Assembly (NCBI GenBank): GCA_048938855.1
Contig: JBHLLT010000009.1
Location: forward strand, 43,955 to 107,954
Reading direction: 5' to 3'
DNA: 64,000 nt
Source: Promethearchaeota archaeon
GTDB lineage: Archaea > Asgardarchaeota > Lokiarchaeia > Sigyniarchaeales > SOKP01
The translations under genes and the position numbers were made by a program. Below are positions 39,364-49,793 of the stretch, one piece after another. How positions within the stretch are numbered: the stretch's first letter is position 1; each line of letters opens with the position of its first letter. Under the pieces are notes generated by a model. That model worked only from the letters and a program-made list of their open reading frames with translations, was not told the DNA's origin and made no database searches.

Positions 39364-39533
39364 AAACTATCTCATTTGTGTGTTTAATTATTAGTATAAT
39401 TCATAATTAACTCCATAAAAAAAGGTTTATTCATATATGTCCCATCTTAAGACTCCTAAAATAGGATGAGTAAAACTCAAATACTTTTCAAAATACACAT
39501 AATCACTTATTCGAAAAAAATTATGGTGATATT

Positions 39534-40721
39534 ATGAAAAGAGATCCGGTTGCTTTTCTTAAGGAAGAAATGACTGAATTAAGAAATAACAACCTTGAAT
39601 GGATAATAAGATATCTTGAACAAGGGTCTAAACCACATTCTGTAGTTGATGGAAAAGAAGTTTTAATGCTCAATACAAATAATTATCTAGGTTTAGCTAC
39701 TCATCCAAGAATAATACAAGCATCTATTGAAGCTACAAAGAAATATGGGGCAGGTGCCGGAGCAGTACCTGTTATTGCAGGTTCATTTGATTTAACAAAA
39801 CAATTTGAGAAAAAATTTGCCGAATTCAAAGAAGTAGAAGCCTCAATTCTTTGTCAAACAGGATTTGCAGTAAATTCAGGATTAATCCCTATGCTGGTTG
39901 GGAAACCTGATATTGTAGTATCAGATGAATTAAATCATGGTTCTATAATTGATGGAGTAAGACTGTCCGGGGCTAAGAGAATTATTTATAAACACCGTGA
40001 TATAGGGGATTTAGAAAGACAATTGAAAGAAGCTGAAAAAGAAGAAGCTAGAAGAATCTGTATTATTACTGATGGTGTTTTCAGCATGGATGGAGATATG
40101 GCACCTCTCGATAAAATTGCGAAAGTTGCTGAGGAATTCGGAGCTATGATTTTCGTTGATGATTGTCATGGAGAAGGAGTACTTGGGGAAGGTAGAGGTA
40201 TTGTAGCTCACTTTAAATTACAAGGAAAGGTTCATGTTGAAGGTGGTTCCATGAGTAAAGGTTTTGGAGTATTTGGAGGTACAGTCGCGGGTTCAAAAGA
40301 TTTAATCGAATTTTGTGCTAATAAAAGTAGAACATATCTTTTAAGTACAGCTCATCCTCCTGGGGTCGTAGCTGCAAATAAGGCTTCAATAGAAGTTGTT
40401 GAAAGTGAACCTGAACATGTTAAAAAAGTCTGGGACCATACAAATTATTTTAAAAAAGAAGTTCAAAGTATGGGTTATAATACTGGAAATTCCCAAACAC
40501 CAATCATTCCATTGATAATTGGCGATCCTGGCAAGGCCCAAGAGCTTGCAAGAATTCTTTTTGAGGAAGAGAATATTTATGGTACTCCAATTGTATTTCC
40601 CATGGTTGCTAGAGAACTTTCTCGAATTAGAGTTCAAATGAACGCGCTACTTACTAAAGAAGACCTAAATATGGCTTTAAGTGCTATAGAAAAAGTTGGA
40701 AAAAAATTAACCATTATTTAA
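39534..40721 (+). CDS. kbl: Glycine C-acetyltransferase (2-amino-3-ketobutyrate CoA ligase)
   Basis: NNYLGL, SDELNHGSIIDG, TDGVFSMDG, VDDCH, PLP lysine in SMSK, RIRVQ. Confidence 0.88.
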   Translation: MKRDPVAFLKEEMTELRNNNLEWIIRYLEQGSKPHSVVDGKEVLMLNTNNYLGLATHPRIIQASIEATKKYGAGAGAVPVIAGSFDLTKQFEKKFAEFKEVEASILCQTGFAVNSGLIPMLVGKPDIVVSDELNHGSIIDGVRLSGAKRIIYKHRDIGDLERQLKEAEKEEARRICIITDGVFSMDGDMAPLDKIAKVAEEFGAMIFVDDCHGEGVLGEGRGIVAHFKLQGKVHVEGGSMSKGFGVFGGTVAGSKDLIEFCANKSRTYLLSTAHPPGVVAANKASIEVVESEPEHVKKVWDHTNYFKKEVQSMGYNTGNSQTPIIPLIIGDPGKAQELARILFEEENIYGTPIVFPMVARELSRIRVQMNALLTKEDLNMALSAIEKVGKKLTII

Positions 40722-40750
40722 TTTATAATATTTTTTATCTTTTTTTTGGT

Positions 40751-41335
40751 TTATAAGGGTTTAGCTAAAATAGCTTTAACTCGGAGCTGATCAAATAAAC
40801 TTGTCGGCATTGCTTTTATCAAACAAACTGTATCCACACCACGGCCAGTACCACCTAAACAAATAACATCCTTTTCGATATCTTTAATTAATCCCGCATC
40901 AGCAGCCATACATGCAATCTCCATACATACTTTTACACCTTGGCTGAAAATAGTTCTAAGATATTTTGCTAGAATCTCTATAGGAAGCCATTGTTTTAAT
41001 GATATTCGCACACTTCTTTCAAGGCCCGCCATTGCATGAGTTCCAGAAAAAACTGTTAACCCTTGTTCTCTTAAGTTTTCCATCAAATCTTCTGAAAATT
41101 CTTGACGGCGTTCAGGTCCACCAAAATAGTATGAGTGTGTAATAATTACAATATTATACTTTTTTGGATTGAAAAATTCTAATGCATTGGAAGCAGTACT
41201 TCCAGTAGTACTTGCGATAATAATATCTCGAATTTCGAATTGATCAGCATATTTTTTTGCAATTTCTAAAGTTTTTCTTGTGTTTTGAATTCCACCTTTC
41301 TCAAAATATGTGACTTCAATATTTAAATCAGTCAT
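40751..41335 (-). CDS. Pyruvate-kinase C-terminal-like (alpha/beta) domain protein
   Basis: YFEKGGIQNT, IASTTG, QGVKVCMEIACMAADAG, GGTGRGVDT. Confidence 0.8.
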   Translation of the reverse strand: MTDLNIEVTYFEKGGIQNTRKTLEIAKKYADQFEIRDIIIASTTGSTASNALEFFNPKKYNIVIITHSYYFGGPERRQEFSEDLMENLREQGLTVFSGTHAMAGLERSVRISLKQWLPIEILAKYLRTIFSQGVKVCMEIACMAADAGLIKDIEKDVICLGGTGRGVDTVCLIKAMPTSLFDQLRVKAILAKPL

Positions 41336-41530
41336 ATTACATCAAATTTCTTAATTTTTAATATTAAAAAGAATATTTCCTTTATTACTTTAAAATTATT
41401 ATTGCTTATTTAATGAATTTTCTGAGATTTTAGATATTTTAAATAAGTTTGATATAGTTTTATAAAGATTAAAATTTAAATACATTTAATCAATTTTTTT
41501 GTTTTTATAATGAAAAATTAGGGATAGATT

Positions 41531-42937
41531 ATGAGTGAAAGAACTGTATCATTAAAAGAGAAAATATTGTTCGGATTAAGTGGTTTTCCTGATCAGTTGA
41601 CGTATCAAGCATTTACGATTTATGTATTTACATTTTATTTCGCAGTTGTCGGTCTTTCAATAATAGAAATGTGGACTGGATTTGTAATATGGGGTATTTG
41701 GAATATGTTTAATGATCCTCTTCTGGGGACTTTAAGTGAAAGAACTAAACAAAAAGGTAAATTAGGAAAACGGAAATTTTATTTGATAATTTCATTTGTT
41801 CCATTATCATTAATAATGATCCTTTTATATACAACGCCATCTAATTTTAAATTCTGGTATTTCTTGATTATAATTTTTGCCTTTGAATTGTTCTATACAA
41901 TGTTTTCAGTAAATACAAATGCTATCTTTCCTGAAATGTTTCCAACTCAAAAACAAAGGGGGGATGTAAATGTGTTCTTAAAGATTTTTACATTGATTGC
42001 AATAATCCTTGCTTCATTACTTCCGACATTAGTTATTAAACCTTTAGTACCGACTACTTATCCTCCTGATCCATTGGAAGCTGCAGCAATTCAATTTAAT
42101 TATATCATTTCAGGTATAATTTTAGGTTCAATTGTTCTTATTATGGCAATATTATTTATTTTCTTTGGAGTAAGGGAAAAAGAGGAACGAGCAATTGATC
42201 ATGCTAAAAGACCAGGTTTTTTTAAATCTTTGAAAATAACTTTTTCAAACAGAACATTTTTAAAATTTACTTTTGGAAATATGCTCATTTGGTATTGCCT
42301 AAATATCTTATTAACAGGATTCCCATTGTTTTCTGTTTTTGTTCTTGGGAGAACTCAAGATTCATTCTTGATAGGAGTTACATTGGCAATAGTACTTATA
42401 TCAGCAGCAATATTTATACCATTACAATCTCGAATTGCATCAAAATATGGAACCCGTAAAGGGTTAATATTCGGATTAGCAATGTGGATTGTTTCTTTGT
42501 TTCCATTAGTCTTTTTGTCAAATAATGAAATTAGCAGGATATTATCAATGGTAATATTCTTTGCAGCAGGATATGGATTGTCTGCAGCATTGTTTTATAT
42601 TGATTTAATTCATGGTGATGTGATAGATCAAGATGCCCTTAAATTTGGTGTAAAAAGAGCAGCTAGTTATTATGGTGTAAATGCTTTCATACACAGATTT
42701 TCAATAATACTAGTAATTTCTACTATTGCAATTGTTTTTAGTGGGACCGGATGGAGCAGTTATACACCAATTCCATTAGATCCATTTTTAATTGAACTTG
42801 GATTAAAATCAATAATGTTTCTATTTCCCGCTATAGCACTTGTAGGCTCAATTCTTTTTTGGAAATATTACGATTTACACGGTGAAAAACTCAGATTAAT
42901 GAGAGAGGAGTTAGAAAAACATCCTGAATTACAATAA
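41531..42937 (+). CDS. MFS transporter, GPH (MelB-like) family
   Basis: WNMFNDPLLGTLSER, GKRKFY, GDVIDQD; about 12 TM. Confidence 0.88.
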   Translation: MSERTVSLKEKILFGLSGFPDQLTYQAFTIYVFTFYFAVVGLSIIEMWTGFVIWGIWNMFNDPLLGTLSERTKQKGKLGKRKFYLIISFVPLSLIMILLYTTPSNFKFWYFLIIIFAFELFYTMFSVNTNAIFPEMFPTQKQRGDVNVFLKIFTLIAIILASLLPTLVIKPLVPTTYPPDPLEAAAIQFNYIISGIILGSIVLIMAILFIFFGVREKEERAIDHAKRPGFFKSLKITFSNRTFLKFTFGNMLIWYCLNILLTGFPLFSVFVLGRTQDSFLIGVTLAIVLISAAIFIPLQSRIASKYGTRKGLIFGLAMWIVSLFPLVFLSNNEISRILSMVIFFAAGYGLSAALFYIDLIHGDVIDQDALKFGVKRAASYYGVNAFIHRFSIILVISTIAIVFSGTGWSSYTPIPLDPFLIELGLKSIMFLFPAIALVGSILFWKYYDLHGEKLRLMREELEKHPELQ

Positions 42938-42939
42938 AA

Positions 42940-42952
42940 TTTTTTTTTTTTT
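42940..42952 (+). terminator. Poly-T terminator-like tract
   Basis: T13 run immediately after the MFS stop, between convergent genes. Confidence 0.5.
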
Positions 42953-42965
42953 AAATAATTTAAAA

Positions 42966-43895
42966 TTATCTCAATCCTAACATTTTTCTCGCTTCATCAA
43001 TATTAGCTGGCTCTCTTCCTATTTCTTTAGCCAAACGAACCATTCTTTCTACTAATTGGGCATTACTTTTAACAAGCTCACCTTTACGATAGTAAACTGT
43101 ATCTTCTAGCCCAGTTCTAATATTACCACCCATGCACATTGCAATCATGGTCGTTCTTAAACAATATCTTCCAATAGTCACCACTTGCCATGTAGAACCT
43201 TCAGGAAGTAAATCAACCATATTCAAAAGATTTCTAATAGATGCAGGAGCACCACCTTTTATTCCTAACACAATGCTAAAATGAAGTTTTTCATTTGGTT
43301 TGAATACACCCATATCAATTAGTTCTATGATATTTGCAATATGACTTGTGTCATAAACTTCAATCTCAATTCCAACTCCTATTCTTTTACATCCCGTAAC
43401 ATATTTTTTATTGAAATTTATTGGGTTATTGAAAATTGAGTTTGTTTCCATACCTCTCATATTGGTTCTGAACTCAAATGTACCCGCATTTATAGTAAAC
43501 ATATCCGGTTGAGGATTAATATTCAATAAATTTAATCTCTCCTCTAGAGTCGCCATTTTAAGGGCTTGACCATATCTTCTCCCAGATTTACTTACTTTAA
43601 CTCCATATTCTACCCTTGCTCCTATTCCATTACCGATTTGGGTAATAATAGGGCACTTTTCCTTGATTAAACTTACGGTTTTATTATAAACATTAAGATC
43701 TGCTGTTGCTAAGCCATCTTTACCCCTCACATGTATATGACAAACTGTAGCCCCAACTTCATAACACTCTAAGGCATCTTTAGCTTGTTCTTCAGGTGTA
43801 ATCGGTAAGTTGGGATTTGACCATTTTCCGTGAGCTCCTCCTGTAATAGCAGCAGTTATTATTACTTTTTCTTCAGATAAAAGATTTGGTTTCAT
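42966..43895 (-). CDS. Beta-keto acid cleavage enzyme (BKACE / Kce family)
   Basis: IITAAITG, PITPEE, HIHVR, EIEVYD, GGNIRTGLED, SNAQLVER. Confidence 0.92.
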   Translation of the reverse strand: MKPNLLSEEKVIITAAITGGAHGKWSNPNLPITPEEQAKDALECYEVGATVCHIHVRGKDGLATADLNVYNKTVSLIKEKCPIITQIGNGIGARVEYGVKVSKSGRRYGQALKMATLEERLNLLNINPQPDMFTINAGTFEFRTNMRGMETNSIFNNPINFNKKYVTGCKRIGVGIEIEVYDTSHIANIIELIDMGVFKPNEKLHFSIVLGIKGGAPASIRNLLNMVDLLPEGSTWQVVTIGRYCLRTTMIAMCMGGNIRTGLEDTVYYRKGELVKSNAQLVERMVRLAKEIGREPANIDEARKMLGLR

Positions 43896-44109
43896 AATTA
43901 TCCTAGTCCTTTCATATTATTTAGCTTTAAATTATAAAATGATCTTATGATAGATTTATAATTATCTTTTTCATATAATCCTCATGTATTAATTTATTAC
44001 TAAATTGTCGAGGATAAAGAACTTCTATTTCTAAATTTTTTATTATAAAATCAATTTTTCCTTTTTTTCTTTGTCGGATCAATGACTAATAGAAAAATTT
44101 AGTTACTAT

Positions 44110-44871
44110 TTAATCAATAGGGTTCTTAAGAGAACAGGGAACTCCGCAAGCGCATTTTCCACATACATCTGATAAACCTATATGAGAATAAATTCGATTA
44201 TTTGCTAAACAAACTTTATAACATTTATGTCGATCAAATGAATCGAGATTTAAAATGCCGTAAACACATTTATCAATGCATTTTCTACAAGATTTATTAT
44301 AAAAGTATAAACAATATTCTTTATCTTGTCTTTTTGTGACCTCAACTTTAGCAGAAGTTATTAAGCTTCCTAATCTACCACAACATCCTTTCTCTGTTAT
44401 TATCATTTTGTGCAATCCAAATTTTCCTAATCCGGCAATATAAGCAACATGTTTATGAGACCAATAGCTTATTAGCTTAGTTTCGTCAAAATTGTGAGTT
44501 GCTGGGATTTTTGCTGAATCAAATTTTTCTTTTTTTAAAAATTTCGCTAAAGTTTTATTTAATTCTGTTATTAAATCATTTGTTTCAATATAAGCAATTG
44601 CCCATTCTTTTGAAGCGAGTTTACCATTAGAATTGCTTGAAACAACTTCTTGATTAAAAGGAATAAAATATGAAATGACTGTTTTAGCATTACTTAGTAT
44701 TTCATTTGGTAATTTATGGTTTTCATCAACAACATGTTTTAATTGTATAAAACCGGGATCATTTGCTTCCGCAAATCCTATTATTGGATCCTCCCATTTA
44801 GTCTGAGAAGTAGTAGATTCTTTATAAGTATGGATAAATTTATTAACCAGATCCGCAATTATCTCCTTCAT
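44110..44871 (-). CDS. QueG-like 4Fe-4S protein
   Basis: WSHKHVAYIAGLGKFG, CRKCIDKC, CGKCACGVPC. Confidence 0.8.
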   Translation of the reverse strand: MKEIIADLVNKFIHTYKESTTSQTKWEDPIIGFAEANDPGFIQLKHVVDENHKLPNEILSNAKTVISYFIPFNQEVVSSNSNGKLASKEWAIAYIETNDLITELNKTLAKFLKKEKFDSAKIPATHNFDETKLISYWSHKHVAYIAGLGKFGLHKMIITEKGCCGRLGSLITSAKVEVTKRQDKEYCLYFYNKSCRKCIDKCVYGILNLDSFDRHKCYKVCLANNRIYSHIGLSDVCGKCACGVPCSLKNPID

Positions 44872-44898
44872 AATCCTTTAAATAAAAAATGTATTAAT

Positions 44899-45753
44899 TT
44901 ATTTTTTTTTTATCCAAGTGTAAAAGCCTTTCCCAGATTTCATTCCTAGATCTCCATGATCAATCATTTCTTTAAGTTTATCAGGAGGTTTATCTCTGGG
45001 ATCATCACTTTCATAATAATAACTCATTTGAACTGCATATACTGTATCTAACCCAATTCCATCCATTAGAACAAATGGACCCATTTTCATACCTGTAAAT
45101 GTCTTCCATGCTAAATCTATGGTTTCAATATCAGAATAACCTCCTGCCCATAGTTTTAATGCTTCTCTCCTTGCAGCATGCCACATTCTATTGAAAACAA
45201 ATCCATGGGATTCTTTTTTTAATATAATTGGATGGCATCCGATACTTTCTATCCATTTTTTACCACTTTCAAAAGTTTCATCACTAGTTTCTGAGCCTCG
45301 CATTATATCAGCCATAGGGCGTGTGGGAATTGGAGGATAAAAGTGAATGTTTAGGACTCTATCTTTATTACTCACGGCATCTTCAATCTTAGAGACTGGA
45401 ATTGAGGAGCTGTTGGTGGCGATTATAACATTTTTTGGGGCATATTGTTCTATTTGTGAGAAAACTTCTTTTTTCAATTCTATGTTCTCCGGGATTGCCT
45501 CGATAACTAAATCCGCTTCTTTAACTGCTAATTCCATTTCACTGTGAAATTTAACGTTATTGAATAAATTAAGTTTTCTGTTTCGTTTCAGTACTCCATT
45601 AATGTATTTTTTTGCTACTTCTAATATTTCTAAGTTAATATCGAAAACCCCCACATCATAATTATATAATGCGGCGGTTGCGGCTATCTGCTTTCCTGTA
45701 AAACCAGCTCCTATAACTGAGACCTTTTTAATTTCACGCATATAATCATTCAC
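44899..45753 (-). CDS. 3-hydroxyacyl-CoA dehydrogenase
   Basis: VIGAGFTG, VIEAIPE, ATNSSS, HFY, GFVFNR, MGPFVLMDGIGLD, GMKSGKGFY. Confidence 0.92.
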   Translation of the reverse strand: MNDYMREIKKVSVIGAGFTGKQIAATAALYNYDVGVFDINLEILEVAKKYINGVLKRNRKLNLFNNVKFHSEMELAVKEADLVIEAIPENIELKKEVFSQIEQYAPKNVIIATNSSSIPVSKIEDAVSNKDRVLNIHFYPPIPTRPMADIMRGSETSDETFESGKKWIESIGCHPIILKKESHGFVFNRMWHAARREALKLWAGGYSDIETIDLAWKTFTGMKMGPFVLMDGIGLDTVYAVQMSYYYESDDPRDKPPDKLKEMIDHGDLGMKSGKGFYTWIKKK

Positions 45754-46016
45754 ATAATTTTTACATTATTCAAAGCATATTATTGATAAAATAATAAGAT
45801 TTGTAAATGCTACTTAGTTAATGGCAGATTTCACACATTCAAGAATTTAAAAATTTCAAAAGAAATTCTAGATTTCCTCCTGATTCTTTTAGCTTTTTTA
45901 TGTATGCTGTAAGGATTGAAATAATAATTATTTGACTGGAAAATTTAAAATAAAACATTTTTAAACTTATAGAGCAATATTTAATTAAGATATATTTAAT
46001 AAAGAGATGTAGAAAA

Positions 46017-46250
46017 TTGACTATATGTTTTGTTTTAATGAATACGCAAGCAGGTTACGTAGAAACCGTTGTCCATGGTTTGAGAGAGATAGAAGAAGTT
46101 AAAGAAGTTTACCCTGTAACAGGGGGTATTGATATAATTGTTAAGGTTGAAGGTAAGGATGTAGAAACTATCGCTAAAACTATTCTGGCTAAAATCCATA
46201 ATATAGATGGAGTCTCTCGTACAGAAACTCATATTGTTGTCCCACTTTGA
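46017..46250 (+). CDS. Stand-alone Lrp/AsnC ligand-binding (RAM) domain
   Basis: 77 aa, VYPVTGGIDIIVKV, GVSRTET. Confidence 0.85.
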   Translation: MTICFVLMNTQAGYVETVVHGLREIEEVKEVYPVTGGIDIIVKVEGKDVETIAKTILAKIHNIDGVSRTETHIVVPL

Positions 46251-46476
46251 ATAATAGATAAAGAATTAGGCAAACAGGAATTACTTAAAAACTCTAAAAT
46301 ACAATTTTTTTTACTATTCAACTCTCTTGTATATTATAAGCTATTTTCTTGATAAAGATTTTAATACTTTTTATACAATATTGTAACTTCTGAATTTTTC
46401 TAATATAACCTTTATATCTCAATTTGATATTCATATTTAAGAGTAAATTTGAATCCAAATTTAACATAACAAAAAC

Positions 46477-47052
46477 TCAGAAGATTCTAAAAATTATTTC
46501 ATCTAAAGGCCGCTTTGGAACATGCATCTGGCCATCAGGTGTTTTCCAATACTTAAAAGAGTCTTTATAGATTTCTATTTTAGATTCTTCATCTGGGTAA
46601 CCTAAACTAATAACATGCTTTATCTCATAATAATCAGGCACATTGAGCAATTCCCTTATTTTATTTCTATTTATAGAGCCCATCCAACAACTTCCTATTC
46701 CATAATAAACAGCACCTAGTAATAAGTTTTCTACTGCGGCTCCAACATCAAAATCTACATAAGTTGATTTGATATTAGTGTTTAATAAAACCACAATATA
46801 TGCTGTAGGTTCTCTCCCTTTTTCAGGTGTTCGTTGCTCTGATGGTAATGATCCTGCCCAATTAACTAATGGAAACAGACTTTCTCTTATCTCAGAATTT
46901 TGGACAATAATAAATTCAAGAGCTTGAATGTTTCTAGCCATAGGAGCAACTCTGGCAAAATCTATTAATTTCTTTAAGATGTTTAAATCAATAGATTCTT
47001 GTCTAAATCTACGGATGGTTCGCCTTTTATAAACAATCTCCTCAAAATCCAT
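46477..47052 (-). CDS. Nitroreductase family protein
   Basis: RRTIRRF, APMARNIQ, DVGAAVENLLL, GIGSCW, ISLGYP. Confidence 0.9.
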   Translation of the reverse strand: MDFEEIVYKRRTIRRFRQESIDLNILKKLIDFARVAPMARNIQALEFIIVQNSEIRESLFPLVNWAGSLPSEQRTPEKGREPTAYIVVLLNTNIKSTYVDFDVGAAVENLLLGAVYYGIGSCWMGSINRNKIRELLNVPDYYEIKHVISLGYPDEESKIEIYKDSFKYWKTPDGQMHVPKRPLDEIIFRIF

Positions 47053-47072
47053 ATTTAAAATCCAAAAATTAA

Positions 47073-48116
47073 TTATTCATTTAATTTAAGTAAAGTTTCA
47101 GTTAATTTAAAGAAAGATTCTTCCACATTTTTTCCTGTTAAAGCGGATGTTTCTACATATTCAAGATTAAGTCTTTGTGCCATTAGTGATGATTCTTCAA
47201 AACTAATAGCTCTCTGATCGCTTAAATCTTCCTTGTTACCTAAGATAAAACCTAATATTTCATCTTGAATGTGAATAATATTTCTTTCAACATCTTTGTA
47301 CCAATTTAGGATACTTTCAAAAGATTTTCGATTAGTGAGGTCAAAAATAAAGATTACAGCTTCTGCGCCTTTATAAAAATGTCTACGCATAGCTTCAAAT
47401 TTAATTTGTCCGGCAATATCCCAAATGATAAGTTTGATTTTTATTTTGTTAATTTCTACATTTTTCTCTGAGATGTTCACCCCTAGAGTAGGGATGTAGG
47501 TTCTCGTGAAAGCATCCTCAGTATATCTTAGAATTGTTGAAGTTTTTCCTACACCAGGATCTCCGCAAACCACAACTTTAAAATTATATTCAACTAGTGA
47601 TTCTCCATCAATCTCCTCTTCGGGAAAAGCTTCTGAATCTAGAATTGATTTCTCTTTTTTTTGTAAATCACTTAATATTTCTGAAATTTTAAGGTTGAGT
47701 TTATTTATTTCGTAAAAAATGTCATCAGTATTAGCACCTTTATATTTTAATTCAATGATCCTTTCGGCAGTGACATTAAAAGCAGACTCAAGATAGTTTA
47801 TATATTTGTAAAAAATGAGATCATCTGCTTCATCAAACAGTAGAGTTATCGTTGATATTGCTGTGCCTCCTTTAAATTTATCTGTTTCCCTCTCAATATA
47901 CTTTACAATTCCTTTTAAATTGAATGAGGGAAAAGGTAATACAACTGTAGATTTAGGTACAACTCCCTGATCGGTTGTTAACATTGTAATAGATTTAATT
48001 GCTACTGACATGCGAAGCTTTTCTGATAAATCAAGAGGATTCCATAGTACTGGGATTGGCCCTGATCTTTCATTAAGTTCAGTGTAAACGATAGCTTTAA
48101 TTATATCTGTAGTCAT
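47073..48116 (-). CDS. Longin/uDENN-like domain fused to Rab-like small GTPase
   Basis: Likely ATG at 48116 (MTTDIIK). GTPase: GDPGVGKT, YIPTLGV, WDIAGQ, GNKED, ETSAL. N-domain YTELNERSGPIP. Confidence 0.88.
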   Translation of the reverse strand: MTTDIIKAIVYTELNERSGPIPVLWNPLDLSEKLRMSVAIKSITMLTTDQGVVPKSTVVLPFPSFNLKGIVKYIERETDKFKGGTAISTITLLFDEADDLIFYKYINYLESAFNVTAERIIELKYKGANTDDIFYEINKLNLKISEILSDLQKKEKSILDSEAFPEEEIDGESLVEYNFKVVVCGDPGVGKTSTILRYTEDAFTRTYIPTLGVNISEKNVEINKIKIKLIIWDIAGQIKFEAMRRHFYKGAEAVIFIFDLTNRKSFESILNWYKDVERNIIHIQDEILGFILGNKEDLSDQRAISFEESSLMAQRLNLEYVETSALTGKNVEESFFKLTETLLKLNE

Positions 48117-48425
48117 TATTAGGAAAACAAATGGGTATGTATTAGACAAAAACAGTTTAATAAATAAAAAAACTTCAAGTTATTAAAAATTTGGAAATCC
48201 AATTTTTTACCTTTCGTATTAGAAAAAATACATGAAACTCAGTTTAGCTTAGAAAAGGTATAAAGTTTATACTTTGAATATAATATTCACACAAGTAGTT
48301 TAGTTTCAGAAATTCAACTAATTCTTTAAAAGAAAAATTAATAATTTATAATCCCTAGACTTAACTTTTTTATATTTCTCCCTATAATATCTAAATTCAG
48401 TTTAATTATCATGAAGTTGTGAAGA

Positions 48426-49664
48426 ATTATAAACGTAGAGCCTAAATTTTCAGAAAAAAAATTTGAAAAAAGGCTTATAATTATTTTTATAATTCAATTT
48501 ACAGAAGTTTTAGGTTTTAGTAGTGTTTTACCAGTAATCCCCTTTCTTGGGTTATCTTTAGGCCTGAACACTCTTGAAATAGGATTGATCCTTAGCATTT
48601 TTAGTATATGTCAACTTTTTGCCAGTCCAATTACTGGCAAACTTAGCGACAGATACGGAAGAAAGCCATTGTTGTTATTCAGTCAAACAAGTACTTTTAT
48701 TGGATTTATATTACTTGGTTTAGCAAGTAATGTTTGGATATTAATTGCTGCAAGATTAGTAGATGGGCTTTTAGGAAGTAATATGACAGTTAGTCAAGCA
48801 TACATTAGCGATGTTACCAATCCTAAGTATCGAACTAAAACATTTGGGTATTCAAGTGCAGTCTTCGGTGCAGGCCTAATATTTGGTCCAGTTATTGGAG
48901 GTTTTTTATTATCAATTAATTTTTCGGCTCCTTTTTTCTTTGCTGCTGGAATAAGTCTTCTTTCAATCATTTTGGTATTTATTTTATTACCTGAATCATT
49001 AAAAAGAAGAGAAGACAAACTAGAGTTTAAGTTTAGAGATATAATTCCAATTAAAGAAACTAAATATTTCTTTAAATCTACTGCGATAAGGGGCCTAATC
49101 TTAGTTTTTTTCATATATAATTTTGGTTTTTTTCTTTTTATTAACACCTTTCCTCTTTTTGCTAAAATGCAAATTAACGCTACACCCCAACAAGTAAGTT
49201 TTTATATGGCTTGGATTGGTGTTCTTAGGGTGATTTTTCAGAGTGTTCTAATAAATTCCATACTGAAAAAACTAAGTGAAAATAAAACGCTTATAATTGG
49301 TATTTTCGCAATGATATTTGCTATGATCTTTCTTATATTCTCTACTAGTTACTGGATAGTTTATCTTCCATTTTTTTTCTTAGCATTTGGGACAGGTGTA
49401 GCACGCCCCATTCTTACAAGCAAATTAACTAATATTGTTAAAAAAGAGGAAACAGGCAGTTTATTAGGAGTAAATAACGCTTTAACCAGTATTGGTCAAA
49501 TAATAACTCCAATTCTAGGAGGAATAATGCTACAATTTCTTCCTACACAAATATTACCAGCTGTATCAGCAGCGATATTTGTGCTTATAATTATCCTTTG
49601 GAATCGGATGATTATTTCCCCGAATGAAGAAATAAAAGAGCCCATAATAGAGATTAAAGCATAA
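48426..49664 (+). CDS. MFS transporter, TetA/DHA1-like; start uncertain
   Basis: GKLSDRYGRKP, ARLVDG, AYISD, GPVIGG. Frame is open from 48423 and encodes the expected TM1 (LIIIFIIQFTEVLGFSSVLPVIP) upstream of the called TTG at 48585. Confidence 0.85.
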   Translation: MINVEPKFSEKKFEKRLIIIFIIQFTEVLGFSSVLPVIPFLGLSLGLNTLEIGLILSIFSICQLFASPITGKLSDRYGRKPLLLFSQTSTFIGFILLGLASNVWILIAARLVDGLLGSNMTVSQAYISDVTNPKYRTKTFGYSSAVFGAGLIFGPVIGGFLLSINFSAPFFFAAGISLLSIILVFILLPESLKRREDKLEFKFRDIIPIKETKYFFKSTAIRGLILVFFIYNFGFFLFINTFPLFAKMQINATPQQVSFYMAWIGVLRVIFQSVLINSILKKLSENKTLIIGIFAMIFAMIFLIFSTSYWIVYLPFFFLAFGTGVARPILTSKLTNIVKKEETGSLLGVNNALTSIGQIITPILGGIMLQFLPTQILPAVSAAIFVLIIILWNRMIISPNEEIKEPIIEIKA

Positions 49665-49752
49665 AATATTGATTTCTATTGTAACCTTATTTCGCTTCAA
49701 AATTGAGTAATATTGCATTATTTCTAAATTATTATTCTAGGATTAGGATTTA

Positions 49753-49776
49753 TTCGTGAAACTCAACTTTCACGAA
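49753..49776. other. Inverted repeat/hairpin between convergent genes (possible terminator element)
   Basis: TTCGTGAAA-CTCAAC-TTTCACGAA. Confidence 0.4.
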
Positions 49777-49793
49777 GATATATAATCGAGTTA

